Shown here: positions 18,859 through 27,238 of the stretch, one piece after another
Layout: every line of letters starts with the position of its first letter
Numbering within the stretch: position 1 is the stretch's first letter
Assembly (NCBI GenBank): GCA_048885925.1
Contig: JBHLLG010000001.1
Span: 323,998-387,997, forward strand
DNA from: Candidatus Hermodarchaeota archaeon
GTDB lineage: Archaea; Asgardarchaeota; Lokiarchaeia; Sigyniarchaeales; SOKP01
Length of the DNA: 64,000 bases
Reading direction: 5' to 3'
Position numbers and translations under genes: made by a program
The notes under the pieces: generated by a model
Databases searched by the model: none
Told to the model about the DNA's origin: nothing
What the model saw: the letters and a program-made list of their open reading frames with translations, nothing else

Positions 18859-20040
18859 TTGAAATCTAGTAATAAAGATGTATCAAAAATAGAAATTAAT
18901 AAGTTTGAAAGGCGTTATGATCTTGATTGGTTGAGAGTTCTTGCCACAATATTAGTGTTTTTATTTCATTGTTCAAGATTTTTTGATCTTTTGGATTGGC
19001 ATGTAAAAAATGATGAGCAAGATATTGGTATTACAGTAGCTCAAGTAATGTTATCTGGATTTGGGATGCCAATTTTCTTTATTATTGCGGGAATGGCAAC
19101 ATTTTATGCTTTAAGTTATGTAAAAAGCGGATTATATTTAAAAGATAGAGTTATACGTCTTGGGATACCTTTAGTAGTAGGAATGTTTACACACGTATCT
19201 ATACAAGTCTATCTTGAAAAAGTAAGTTGGGGTACCTTTAAAGGTTCATTTTTTGAATTTTATCCTCTCTATTTTAAAGGATTACAGGGATTTGGTGGAA
19301 ATTTCGCATGGACAGGGTATCATTTATGGTTCTTACTGGTTCTTCTTATTTTTACATTTATAACTATAAAACCTTTTAATTATCTAAGAAAAGAAGAAAA
19401 TCTGATTAAAATTTCAAGATTACCTACTCTTTTACAAAAACCAGGAATGATATTATTACTGGCAATTCCTTTAATTTTCTTAGAATTCATTAATATTTTT
19501 ATTGAATATCTGGAATTTGGAAGCTGGAATCTTTTCTCATATTTATTAGTTTTTATTTATGGATATATATTTGCTTCTAATAATAAATTTAAACAAGTTA
19601 TTGAGAAAAGTAGGAATATTAGCATAGTTTTTGGCGTTATTACAACAATTTTAATTCTTATAATTATGATTTTTTTTCAAGATCAGCTATTGGATGATTC
19701 ATTACAGCTTAGTGACTTTTTATTTTATGGTTTGCGTGTAATAAATGGATGGAGCTGGATGATTGTTGTTATAGGTTTATTTAGTGAATACCTCAATAGA
19801 GATCATAAATCACGTAAATTTTTGAACGAAATTGTCATGCCATTTTATGTACTCCATCAGACTATAATAATAATAGTTGGATTCTATATTGTCAGTTTGG
19901 ATTTGAACATTTTAGCAAAATTCCTTATCATCAGCTCATTATCGTTTGTGATTATTATGGGTTTAGTTTTAATTATAAGAAAAGTAAATGTCTTAAGATT
20001 TATATTTGGGATGAGAATTAAAAGAAAAAATAAAACGTAG
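18859..20040 (+). CDS. Acyltransferase-3 family (OpgC-like) membrane acyltransferase
   Basis: RRYDLDWLRV..LVFLFH, MPIFFIIAG, RLGIP, HLWFL, PFYVLHQ. Confidence 0.88.
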   Translation: MKSSNKDVSKIEINKFERRYDLDWLRVLATILVFLFHCSRFFDLLDWHVKNDEQDIGITVAQVMLSGFGMPIFFIIAGMATFYALSYVKSGLYLKDRVIRLGIPLVVGMFTHVSIQVYLEKVSWGTFKGSFFEFYPLYFKGLQGFGGNFAWTGYHLWFLLVLLIFTFITIKPFNYLRKEENLIKISRLPTLLQKPGMILLLAIPLIFLEFINIFIEYLEFGSWNLFSYLLVFIYGYIFASNNKFKQVIEKSRNISIVFGVITTILILIIMIFFQDQLLDDSLQLSDFLFYGLRVINGWSWMIVVIGLFSEYLNRDHKSRKFLNEIVMPFYVLHQTIIIIVGFYIVSLDLNILAKFLIISSLSFVIIMGLVLIIRKVNVLRFIFGMRIKRKNKT

Positions 20041-20134
20041 TTTAATATATTTTTCTTATTTTTTTTTCTAAAATTTTTTCAATAATGAGTAATTTAGAAC
20101 TATAATAGTTTAAATACTATTTACACTGATAAAA

Positions 20135-21496
20135 ATGCCTACTCGTATTGTTGTAATTGGAATGGGATATGTCGGAATCCCTATGGCAGCTTTACTTGCT
20201 GATGTAGAGGATTTTTATGTAACTGGAATTCAACGAAGATCTCAAAGATCGGGATGGAAAATAGATTGGTTAAACCAAGGAAAGAACCCCTTTGAAGGTG
20301 AAGAGCCAGGTTTGGATGAACTAATTGCTAGAATTGTAAAGAATGGTAAATTTAAAGTTACTGATAAATATGATGCTGTTGATGAAGCTGATTATATTCT
20401 AATTGATGTACAAACTCCAGTAGACGATGATAAAATTCCAAGATATGAATCCTTGCTTGAAGTTTCACAAAAACTCTCAAAACATATAAAAAAGGGAGTG
20501 ACTATTATCCTTGAATCTACTGTGGCACCAGGTACAACCAATAATATAGTAAAACCAATATTAGAAGAGGGGAGTGGATTAATAAGGGGTAAAGATTTTT
20601 ACCTTGTATTTTCATTTGAAAGAGTTATGCCTGGAAAATTGTTGGAATATATAACAGACTTTCCACGTGTTATTGGAGGAGGATGCCCAGAAGCAAATGA
20701 GAGCGCCAAATTTCTGTATGGAAAAGTTGTTAAAAAAGAACTTCAAGTGACCGATACTCTCACTGCAGAATTAACTAAATGCGTTGAAAATGCTTATAGG
20801 GATGTCAATATCGCATTTGCCAACGAAATGGCTTTACTATGTGAAGATTTTAATAGAAATATCTATGAAATTGTCGAGCTAATAAATCAAAGACATGATA
20901 GGATGATGCATTATCCTGGTAGTGGTGTAGGGGGGCATTGTCTCACTAAGGATCCTTGGTTATTATTACATGGCTATGATAAATACACAGAAAAGAAAAA
21001 TAAAGAAAAAATAAAACTTATACCAAATTCAAGAAATCTCAATGATTATATGCCGTATCATATGGTAGAATTAATGGAAGATGTGTTTAGAGAAGCCCAT
21101 AAATTAGTAGACAATATTAAAATAGTTCTTTTGGGTGTTTCCTATAAAGCAGACACAGATGATACCCGTAATACACCTACAGAGAATATAGTAAAGGTTC
21201 TTCAAGGTCGATATCATTCTCATAATATTGTGTATATTGCTCACGATCCTTACGTTAATGAAAGAGATTATAAATTAACAAAATTAACTAATGATTTTAA
21301 TGAAGCTGTTTCTGATGCTGATGTTTTAATTTTTGCTACAAACCATAGTGAATATTATAAGATCGAATTAGATGATCTCAAAAAGAAAGTTAGAACTCCA
21401 ATAATTATTGACGGTAGAAATATTTTTAGCAAGAAAAAAGTTGAAGAAAAGGGATTTATATATCGAAAAGTTGGAGAAGGTCCTAATGCGCCTTAA
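20135..21496 (+). CDS. Nucleotide-sugar dehydrogenase (UDP-Glc/GDP-Man/UDP-ManNAc DH family)
   Basis: IGMGYVG, ESTVAPGTT, ENAYRDVNIAFANE, GVGGHC. Confidence 0.9.
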   Translation: MPTRIVVIGMGYVGIPMAALLADVEDFYVTGIQRRSQRSGWKIDWLNQGKNPFEGEEPGLDELIARIVKNGKFKVTDKYDAVDEADYILIDVQTPVDDDKIPRYESLLEVSQKLSKHIKKGVTIILESTVAPGTTNNIVKPILEEGSGLIRGKDFYLVFSFERVMPGKLLEYITDFPRVIGGGCPEANESAKFLYGKVVKKELQVTDTLTAELTKCVENAYRDVNIAFANEMALLCEDFNRNIYEIVELINQRHDRMMHYPGSGVGGHCLTKDPWLLLHGYDKYTEKKNKEKIKLIPNSRNLNDYMPYHMVELMEDVFREAHKLVDNIKIVLLGVSYKADTDDTRNTPTENIVKVLQGRYHSHNIVYIAHDPYVNERDYKLTKLTNDFNEAVSDADVLIFATNHSEYYKIELDDLKKKVRTPIIIDGRNIFSKKKVEEKGFIYRKVGEGPNAP

Positions 21497-21526
21497 AAAT
21501 TAGGAAGATAAAAAAGATAAGGTTTC

Positions 21527-21594
21527 AAATCTCATAGTTCTTGCGGAACTCATAACTAAATCCTAACATTTAATGATTTAATTTATTGAGATTT
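21527..21594 (-). ncRNA. Three-way-junction RNA element A, 3' of TGA-containing mini-ORF (candidate SECIS-like element)
   Basis: Minus strand: AAAUCUCA/UGAGAUUU outer stem, AAUUAAAUC/GAUUUAGUU stem (one U-G pair, favouring this strand), AUGA, AGUUC-CGCAA-GAACU hairpin; homologous to 21893-21959. Confidence 0.7.
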
Positions 21595-21598
21595 ATTA

Positions 21599-21736
21599 TT
21601 ATTCATCCGGAACATTTTGTTTTTTTAGTTTTCGGAGTTTTTGGGCTCTACGGTACCACATACTAAGCATCCCTCAACTTGTACTGTAACAATCATCATC
21701 AAATTCTATATCAAAATAATCTTCTTGGTCAGTCAT
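21599..21736 (-). CDS. Candidate 45-aa selenoprotein A (TGA at codon 21)
   Basis: MTDQEDYFDIEFDDDCYSTS[TGA 21676-21674]GMLSMWYRRAQKLRKLKKQNVPDE*. Confidence 0.6.
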
Positions 21737-21892
21737 TTTAATCATCTAAATTTCATTCTAATTCTTTCGAAATAAATTAAAAATTAAAGAGTGATGATTA
21801 TGAATAATAAATATTATCTTTGAATCGACAATTATTTATAAAAATTAATCAAATTCTATTGATTTAATATAAAAAAGGAACATAGTAAGTTT

Positions 21893-21959
21893 AATCTCGA
21901 ATTCTTGGCGGAATTCATGGGATTAAATTCTAGATTTTAACAATTTAATCCTTGAGATT
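21893..21959 (-). ncRNA. Three-way-junction RNA element B (candidate SECIS-like element)
   Basis: Minus strand: AAUCUC/GAGAUU, GGAUUAAAUU/AAUUUAAUCC stem with GUUAAAAUCUAG loop, AUGA, GAAUUC-CGCCAA-GAAUUC hairpin. Confidence 0.7.
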
Positions 21960-22094
21960 TTTTAATAATTTTTTATGTTTGTATTTTTTTCTGAGATTTC
22001 TAAAACCTTGGATAATTCCATCAATTAATCCTCACCCTGTACAAAAGAATTCTTCTTTTTCTGAATTATCTAATCTATCTTTCCATTCTGACAA
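21945..22094 (-). CDS. Candidate 49-aa selenoprotein B (CxxU; TGA at codon 21 from a TTG start)
   Basis: MSEWKDRLDNSEKEEFFCTG[TGA 22034-22032]GLIDGIIQGFRNLRKKYKHKKLLKNLKD*; alternative GTG start at 22103. Confidence 0.6.
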
Positions 22095-22271
22095 GTCTTT
22101 CACTTGTTTTTGTATATTTATTTGGGAAAAATTTGAAGAAATAAATAACTTACCATTTTCAATAATAAGAAATATAAGAGCTTCATATAACTCATATCTT
22201 TATTAGAAAATTACAATCAATAAATTTTTAAAAATAGAACCTTACATATATTTAAAATTATAAATTTCAAA

Positions 22272-22961
22272 ATGTTGATTTATATGCTCTTTGATTATTG
22301 GGATGTAATTGGCGCTTTTTTTAATTGGGTAGCAGAATCTGCGGCAATAATGATGGTTTTAAGTGGTTTAATGGCAATTACATGGTTTGGGTATGAGCGA
22401 AAACGAAGAGGGTCATTTCTAAAAAGAAAATCCGGAGTGGAAAAATTTGATATTACAAAATTTCTTCGAGGAATGTCTTATATAGGCTTAGTTCTCGGGA
22501 TATTTGTCATTTGGAGCGGGATAATGGGATTGATTTTAGACATAGCTCCTAGTTTAAGATATGAAGAAGTAAATCCTGGGGAAGGGGCAAACCATTTTAC
22601 CTGTATATTTCTAATTGTTATCGGAATTGTCATGTTTTTCAAACCGATTTCAGATTTACCTCTCTCCAGTATATTAGGTCTTTTAGCAGGCACTGCAACA
22701 GCTTTTATTATTTCATTGGTTATTCCTGATTCTATTGCCGATTTAGTTGGAACCAAGGTATTAAAATGGACATTAGTAATTATATTTATCATTGTAACGG
22801 TTATCGTTGGACTTACGTCTAAATTCTATATCGGAACACTACAAAAAATATCAAAATTTCTCAGCTGGCCTCCAATCGCTTTTATTATCGTGGTATTTTG
22901 CTTGGTTCAAGGTTTGTGTTTATTGCTTGGTGGTTTTAGTATCTTCGCGAATCTTCTATAA
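22272..22961 (+). CDS. Hypothetical multi-TM membrane protein
   Basis: About six hydrophobic helices. Confidence 0.75.
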   Translation: MLIYMLFDYWDVIGAFFNWVAESAAIMMVLSGLMAITWFGYERKRRGSFLKRKSGVEKFDITKFLRGMSYIGLVLGIFVIWSGIMGLILDIAPSLRYEEVNPGEGANHFTCIFLIVIGIVMFFKPISDLPLSSILGLLAGTATAFIISLVIPDSIADLVGTKVLKWTLVIIFIIVTVIVGLTSKFYIGTLQKISKFLSWPPIAFIIVVFCLVQGLCLLLGGFSIFANLL

Positions 22962-23308
22962 TTAAAAGTTCTTTTTTTTATTTCTTTCTTAATTCCTTTA
23001 TAATCTAGTGATCGTAATTATTTGACAATTTTAATGAATGGTAAAAGTTTATGTATTTAGTATTATAAAGATTAATTATTAATATGGTGCTAAGCTATTA
23101 AATCAATGCATCCAGTAATTATAATCACAATTTTAGGGAATCTATCGACTTGAACTTTCTTCCTTAGATGAAATGGATATATAAGAAAGATCGCATCGTA
23201 ATTCTTAATAGCATAAGGTTCTTTTAAGATGGAATTAATTTTGAAGATTATTTACTAATTTTAATAAATGTTAAATCTATATCTACCTTAACAAGGAGAT
23301 TTAAAAAA

Positions 23309-23587
23309 ATGGCTGGAATAAAAGAGTTAAAGAAAGAACTTTCTGAAATGCGGTTAAGCATGGAGCGGTTGACAGAAGAATTACATGAAACGAATCTAGC
23401 AATAAAGGAGTCATTAGAATTAACTTCTAAAACTATCAAAGAAGCAAGTGAAACATTTTCAAAAACGTTGGAAGAAACGATGGAAAGAATGTCAGATTTG
23501 ACAATTCAAATGAATGTAAGAGATACTATTCTTAAAAGCCTTGGTATTGATGGAATGATTCCAGATTTCTTGAAGAAAAAGAAATAA
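23309..23587 (+). CDS. Small coiled-coil protein
   Basis: AGGAG SD; heptad-rich helical sequence. Confidence 0.75.
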   Translation: MAGIKELKKELSEMRLSMERLTEELHETNLAIKESLELTSKTIKEASETFSKTLEETMERMSDLTIQMNVRDTILKSLGIDGMIPDFLKKKK

Positions 23588-23590
23588 ATT

Positions 23591-23785
23591 TTAAATTTTT
23601 TGTTCTTTCTCCCATCTCTTAACGACAAAATACAAGATGACAAGCGAAACAATATAAATTATTGTAATTAACGTCCATAAGGTTATTTCATTGAGATTTT
23701 CAGCAATAGCACCCATAATTGCCTTATATATAAAAAAAATGCTAAATAGCGCTAATAACCGAATTCCAGATCTTACTTTATCCAT
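23591..23785 (-). CDS. Small two-TM membrane protein
   Basis: Two hydrophobic segments, ATG start, convergent with neighbour. Confidence 0.65.
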   Translation of the reverse strand: MDKVRSGIRLLALFSIFFIYKAIMGAIAENLNEITLWTLITIIYIVSLVILYFVVKRWEKEQKI

Positions 23786-23882
23786 GATTCATTACAAACT
23801 TATAATTAATATTTAAAATAATATAATACTTAAAACTAATATCATAATAAAGAATAATATAATAAAGGATATTTTGTATAAA

Positions 23883-24086
23883 ATGTCAGAAAAAACTCCT
23901 CCTATTTGTTATACCTGTGGTAATACATGTGAAGATAAAATGGAAAACACTCATTACTGTATATGTGATATTGCTATATGCCATGATTGTATCAATTCTG
24001 TAAAAAAAAATAATCAAATTTGGATTTGTCCTAATTGTAAAGAAGAAAATAATATAGAAGATAGTAAATTGTTCCGATCAAGTTAA
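23883..24086 (+). CDS. Stand-alone C4C4 RING-like zinc-finger protein
   Basis: C-x2-C-x13-C-x-C-x4-C-x2-C-x12-C-x2-C. Confidence 0.75.
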   Translation: MSEKTPPICYTCGNTCEDKMENTHYCICDIAICHDCINSVKKNNQIWICPNCKEENNIEDSKLFRSS

Positions 24087-24131
24087 TTTAATAAATCTTT
24101 AATTTAAATTCAAATTGTTTAATACAAGATA

Positions 24132-24200
24132 TTTAGCCTATGATGAAAATAGATTAATTATGACGTCCTTATGATAAAATTGAGGAAAACTGAGGCTAAA
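24132..24200 (+). ncRNA. Box C/D sRNA
   Basis: Terminal stem TTTAGCC/GGCTAAA; box C ATGATGA 24140-46; D' ATGA 24160-63; C' ATGATAA 24171-77; box D CTGA 24190-93; guides of 13 and 12 nt. Confidence 0.75.
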
Positions 24201-24297
24201 GAAAAGCTAATTTTTAGAAAACTAATAAAAACTCACAAAGATATAAAGCTTTGTTTATTTTAACATCATAAGAAAATTAATTTATTTATGATTTTCA

Positions 24298-24786
24298 TTG
24301 CCAGATAACATTATATCCAAAGTAGTCGAATTAGAAAATTGTAATAAAGATAAATTTATTGAAGCCTTTTTTAAACCAGAGTTTTGGTTAATAATAAATC
24401 CTGCTAAAAAGATGGAAGCCAAATTCACTGCTCCAAATGTTTTATATACAAAGATCGTAGATGACATAATTAATATAAAAGTTGAGATGGAAGGGGAATT
24501 AGTTCTTCAAGATCTAGGAGAACAAGAAGGAGATAAAGGACGAATGATTAACATGAATGTTCGAAATAATAAGGATGTTAAAGAATTAGAGGGACGAATT
24601 AGAATAAAAGCAATATCTCCTAACAGATCGAAAATTGGAGTCTTTATTGATAGTTTTACACTGAGTAGTAACTTTCTTGGTTTGATTGGAAGAAGTGTGG
24701 CAGAACTTACGTTAAGAACGAAAATAACTGAAATGCTACGTAATTTAGAGCGTTGGTTGAAAAAAAACTCATTTGATGACTTATGA
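24298..24786 (+). CDS. Hypothetical protein (possible SRPBCC/START-like fold)
   Basis: ORF; beta-rich core with long C-terminal helix (inference). Confidence 0.65.
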   Translation: MPDNIISKVVELENCNKDKFIEAFFKPEFWLIINPAKKMEAKFTAPNVLYTKIVDDIINIKVEMEGELVLQDLGEQEGDKGRMINMNVRNNKDVKELEGRIRIKAISPNRSKIGVFIDSFTLSSNFLGLIGRSVAELTLRTKITEMLRNLERWLKKNSFDDL

Positions 24787-24861
24787 TTGTATTCATATAA
24801 TATATTAATTAATATAAAAGATTAATATCAATTAGAATATCTTTAAAAATAGGGTTAAGAA

Positions 24862-25710
24862 ATGAATATTTGGGTGATGGAATCAGACTCGGGTATTACT
24901 CTTGTCTATAAGCCCTACATGGACTTTCCAGTAAATGAAGATTTAGTGTCAGGGCTTTTAACAGCTCTAAATCAATTTACAATGGTAGAATTCAAGCAAG
25001 GAATAGAATCTATTGAGATGGGAGGGCTAAGATGGGTATATATACTAGATAAAGAAACTAATCTTTTATTTATAGGAGCAGATGCTAAAGATGTAACTGC
25101 TGAAATATTAAGAGCTCGTTTAGATGTAATCCGCCATACATTTATTCAGCAATATGCACAAAAAGGAAATCGATGGGGGAGTAAATGGGCAGGAAATGTT
25201 GAGATCTATAAACCCTTTGAAGATGTGATTGATGAATATTATACCCAATGGAAACAGGCAGAACGTATTACAACCGTAGCTGAATTTTTTGATTTTTTAG
25301 GGATTTTTCAACAAATATTAAATTTAGTAATTAATGTAATTGAAGGTCATTTATCTGAAGAAAAGAAACAGATTATTTATGAGAGAATTGAAAAGATTTT
25401 CAAGCACTATTCAAACTTAGAAGTTGTCAAAAAAAATCCAGAATTGAGGAAAATTTCGTTTGAAAGAACAAGGGGATTTAATATTATTAATATAGACCCT
25501 ATGAATTGCGATATGTACCTTGTGGAGAAGCAATTAATTGGGCTAAATAGAAGAATTGTCGAAATTCTAAAAGAAGAAGAAGGATACTTCTCAAGTCTGA
25601 AATACTTTATTAAAGAAAACATATTTGATTATTTGATATCAAATTTTAACCTGCTTAATGATCTTAATTTATTCACATTTTTACTTCAATTATTTTTAGT
25701 AAAATCATAA
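24862..25710 (+). CDS. Protein with N-terminal longin-like domain
   Basis: IWVMESDSGITLVY...DLVSGLLTALNQF...IESIEMG pattern typical of Asgard longin-like proteins. Confidence 0.65.
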   Translation: MNIWVMESDSGITLVYKPYMDFPVNEDLVSGLLTALNQFTMVEFKQGIESIEMGGLRWVYILDKETNLLFIGADAKDVTAEILRARLDVIRHTFIQQYAQKGNRWGSKWAGNVEIYKPFEDVIDEYYTQWKQAERITTVAEFFDFLGIFQQILNLVINVIEGHLSEEKKQIIYERIEKIFKHYSNLEVVKKNPELRKISFERTRGFNIINIDPMNCDMYLVEKQLIGLNRRIVEILKEEEGYFSSLKYFIKENIFDYLISNFNLLNDLNLFTFLLQLFLVKS

Positions 25711-25879
25711 AATTTTAGCTTATTCCATAAACTGAGGTAAAAAAAAAAAGATCTAATCGTTTGCATAAAATATTCAAATGATTTTTTACTATAAATAAAA
25801 TAGGTCTATTTTATAAGATTTATTAGATGTTGATTATTTACTTTATTAATTATTTTCTATTTATTGACTTCTAACAATA

Positions 25880-27178
25880 ATGGACCTCGTTCTTCTTATA
25901 ATAATTTTCGTTTTATTTTTTTTAATTATTTTAAGTTATACAAAAGCAGATTTAGATTTTGTGGCTATTTCTCTTCTTTGTTGTTTTATAGCTGCAACAA
26001 TTACCGGTATGACAAAAGGCTTGGATCTAATTCATTTCATCAAAGAAATTGAATGGGAAGCAATTATAATAATACTCAGTATGAGTTTAATAACAAAAAT
26101 AGCTCAAGATTCAAATATTTTAGAATTTGTAGCAGTAAAACTCTTTAAATTGTCAAGAGGTAATCAAAGAGTGTTCTTTTGGCTTCTATGTGTAATAACC
26201 ACACTTTTAGCTTCTATTATAAGTGATGTAGTTGTAGTCTTAATTTTAGCTCCTATCGTGGTCCGACTTTGTCATTTTCTTAAAATTAGATCTGGAACTT
26301 ATCTTTTAGGTATGACAATCTGTATCAACATTGGTTCAATTATTACTCCTTTTTCTAGTGGTGAAAATATTATTATTTCTACAGCATTTAACCTTAACAC
26401 ACTTTACTTTATACAATTTTTTTGGGGTTTTTCATTCTTTCTATTATTTGCTACAATCTTCTTATTGGATAAATTTTTTCTAAGTAAGGAGCCTAAAATT
26501 GAAGAAATGCAAAAAAAATTTGTCATGGATCTAATAGATACAGATATTATGGTGAAAAATAAAAAAATGTTCTATTTCAATAGTATTGCTATAATAATTA
26601 CTATTACACTTTTCGCAATTTTACCGTTTTTATATCTAACAGCCGCAGTTTCTGCTTTAATTTTGGTTATAGTAAATAAAAGTTATACAAAAAAACCTAT
26701 GAGTGAACTTTTAAAAGATGTTGAATGGGAAATCTTATTTTTTTTCATTTCTTTATATGTAGTTATTGAATGTCTTTTACAAGCAGGTTTTAAAGAAATT
26801 TTTGAGGCAATACCATTTGAAACAATAAACCCCTTTCTCTTATCGTTTCTTATCTTAATAATTATCAGCTCTATCTCTGGAATTGTTGCAAATACACCGA
26901 CAGCTTTAATTTTTATTCCAATAATAACAACCTTAATAGAAGATTTTAATTTTTCATCAGTGCCTTTGCTTTTTGCGTTCATTATCGGAATTAATCTAGG
27001 AGGAAATTTTATTCCACAAGGGGCAGCATGCGATATGATGACTTTGAAGATTGCAAGAGATTCAGGAGTAGATAATTTAGATTATAAGCGTTTATTAAAA
27101 ATGGGAGCTATGTTTGCTTTTATTCATATTGGAATCTCAATATTATTTATACTTATTTTAGTTCCAATTTTTGGGTAA
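25880..27178 (+). CDS. ArsB/NhaD/CitM (ion transporter superfamily) permease
   Basis: NIGSIITP..ENIII, VEWEILFFF, ANTP, NLGGN motifs; many TMs. Confidence 0.85.
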   Translation: MDLVLLIIIFVLFFLIILSYTKADLDFVAISLLCCFIAATITGMTKGLDLIHFIKEIEWEAIIIILSMSLITKIAQDSNILEFVAVKLFKLSRGNQRVFFWLLCVITTLLASIISDVVVVLILAPIVVRLCHFLKIRSGTYLLGMTICINIGSIITPFSSGENIIISTAFNLNTLYFIQFFWGFSFFLLFATIFLLDKFFLSKEPKIEEMQKKFVMDLIDTDIMVKNKKMFYFNSIAIIITITLFAILPFLYLTAAVSALILVIVNKSYTKKPMSELLKDVEWEILFFFISLYVVIECLLQAGFKEIFEAIPFETINPFLLSFLILIIISSISGIVANTPTALIFIPIITTLIEDFNFSSVPLLFAFIIGINLGGNFIPQGAACDMMTLKIARDSGVDNLDYKRLLKMGAMFAFIHIGISILFILILVPIFG

Positions 27179-27238
27179 TTAAAAAATCCAAAAAAATAAA
27201 AAAGGAAAATATTGCAAAACAATTTATGTTTTCTTAAA

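Noticed and set aside
21952-22206. 84-aa plus-strand ORF in the track
   Set aside because: Antisense to the TGA-containing mini-gene B, which has a paralogous partner and a downstream element; composition is not protein-like
24132-24200. Possible eukaryote-like SECIS (AUGA...GA core)
   Set aside because: No helix II above the core and no upstream UGA ORF; the full C, D', C', D box layout fits a C/D sRNA
24171-24263. 30-codon ORF MIKLRKTEAKEKL...
   Set aside because: Overlaps the box C/D sRNA, which explains the sequence better
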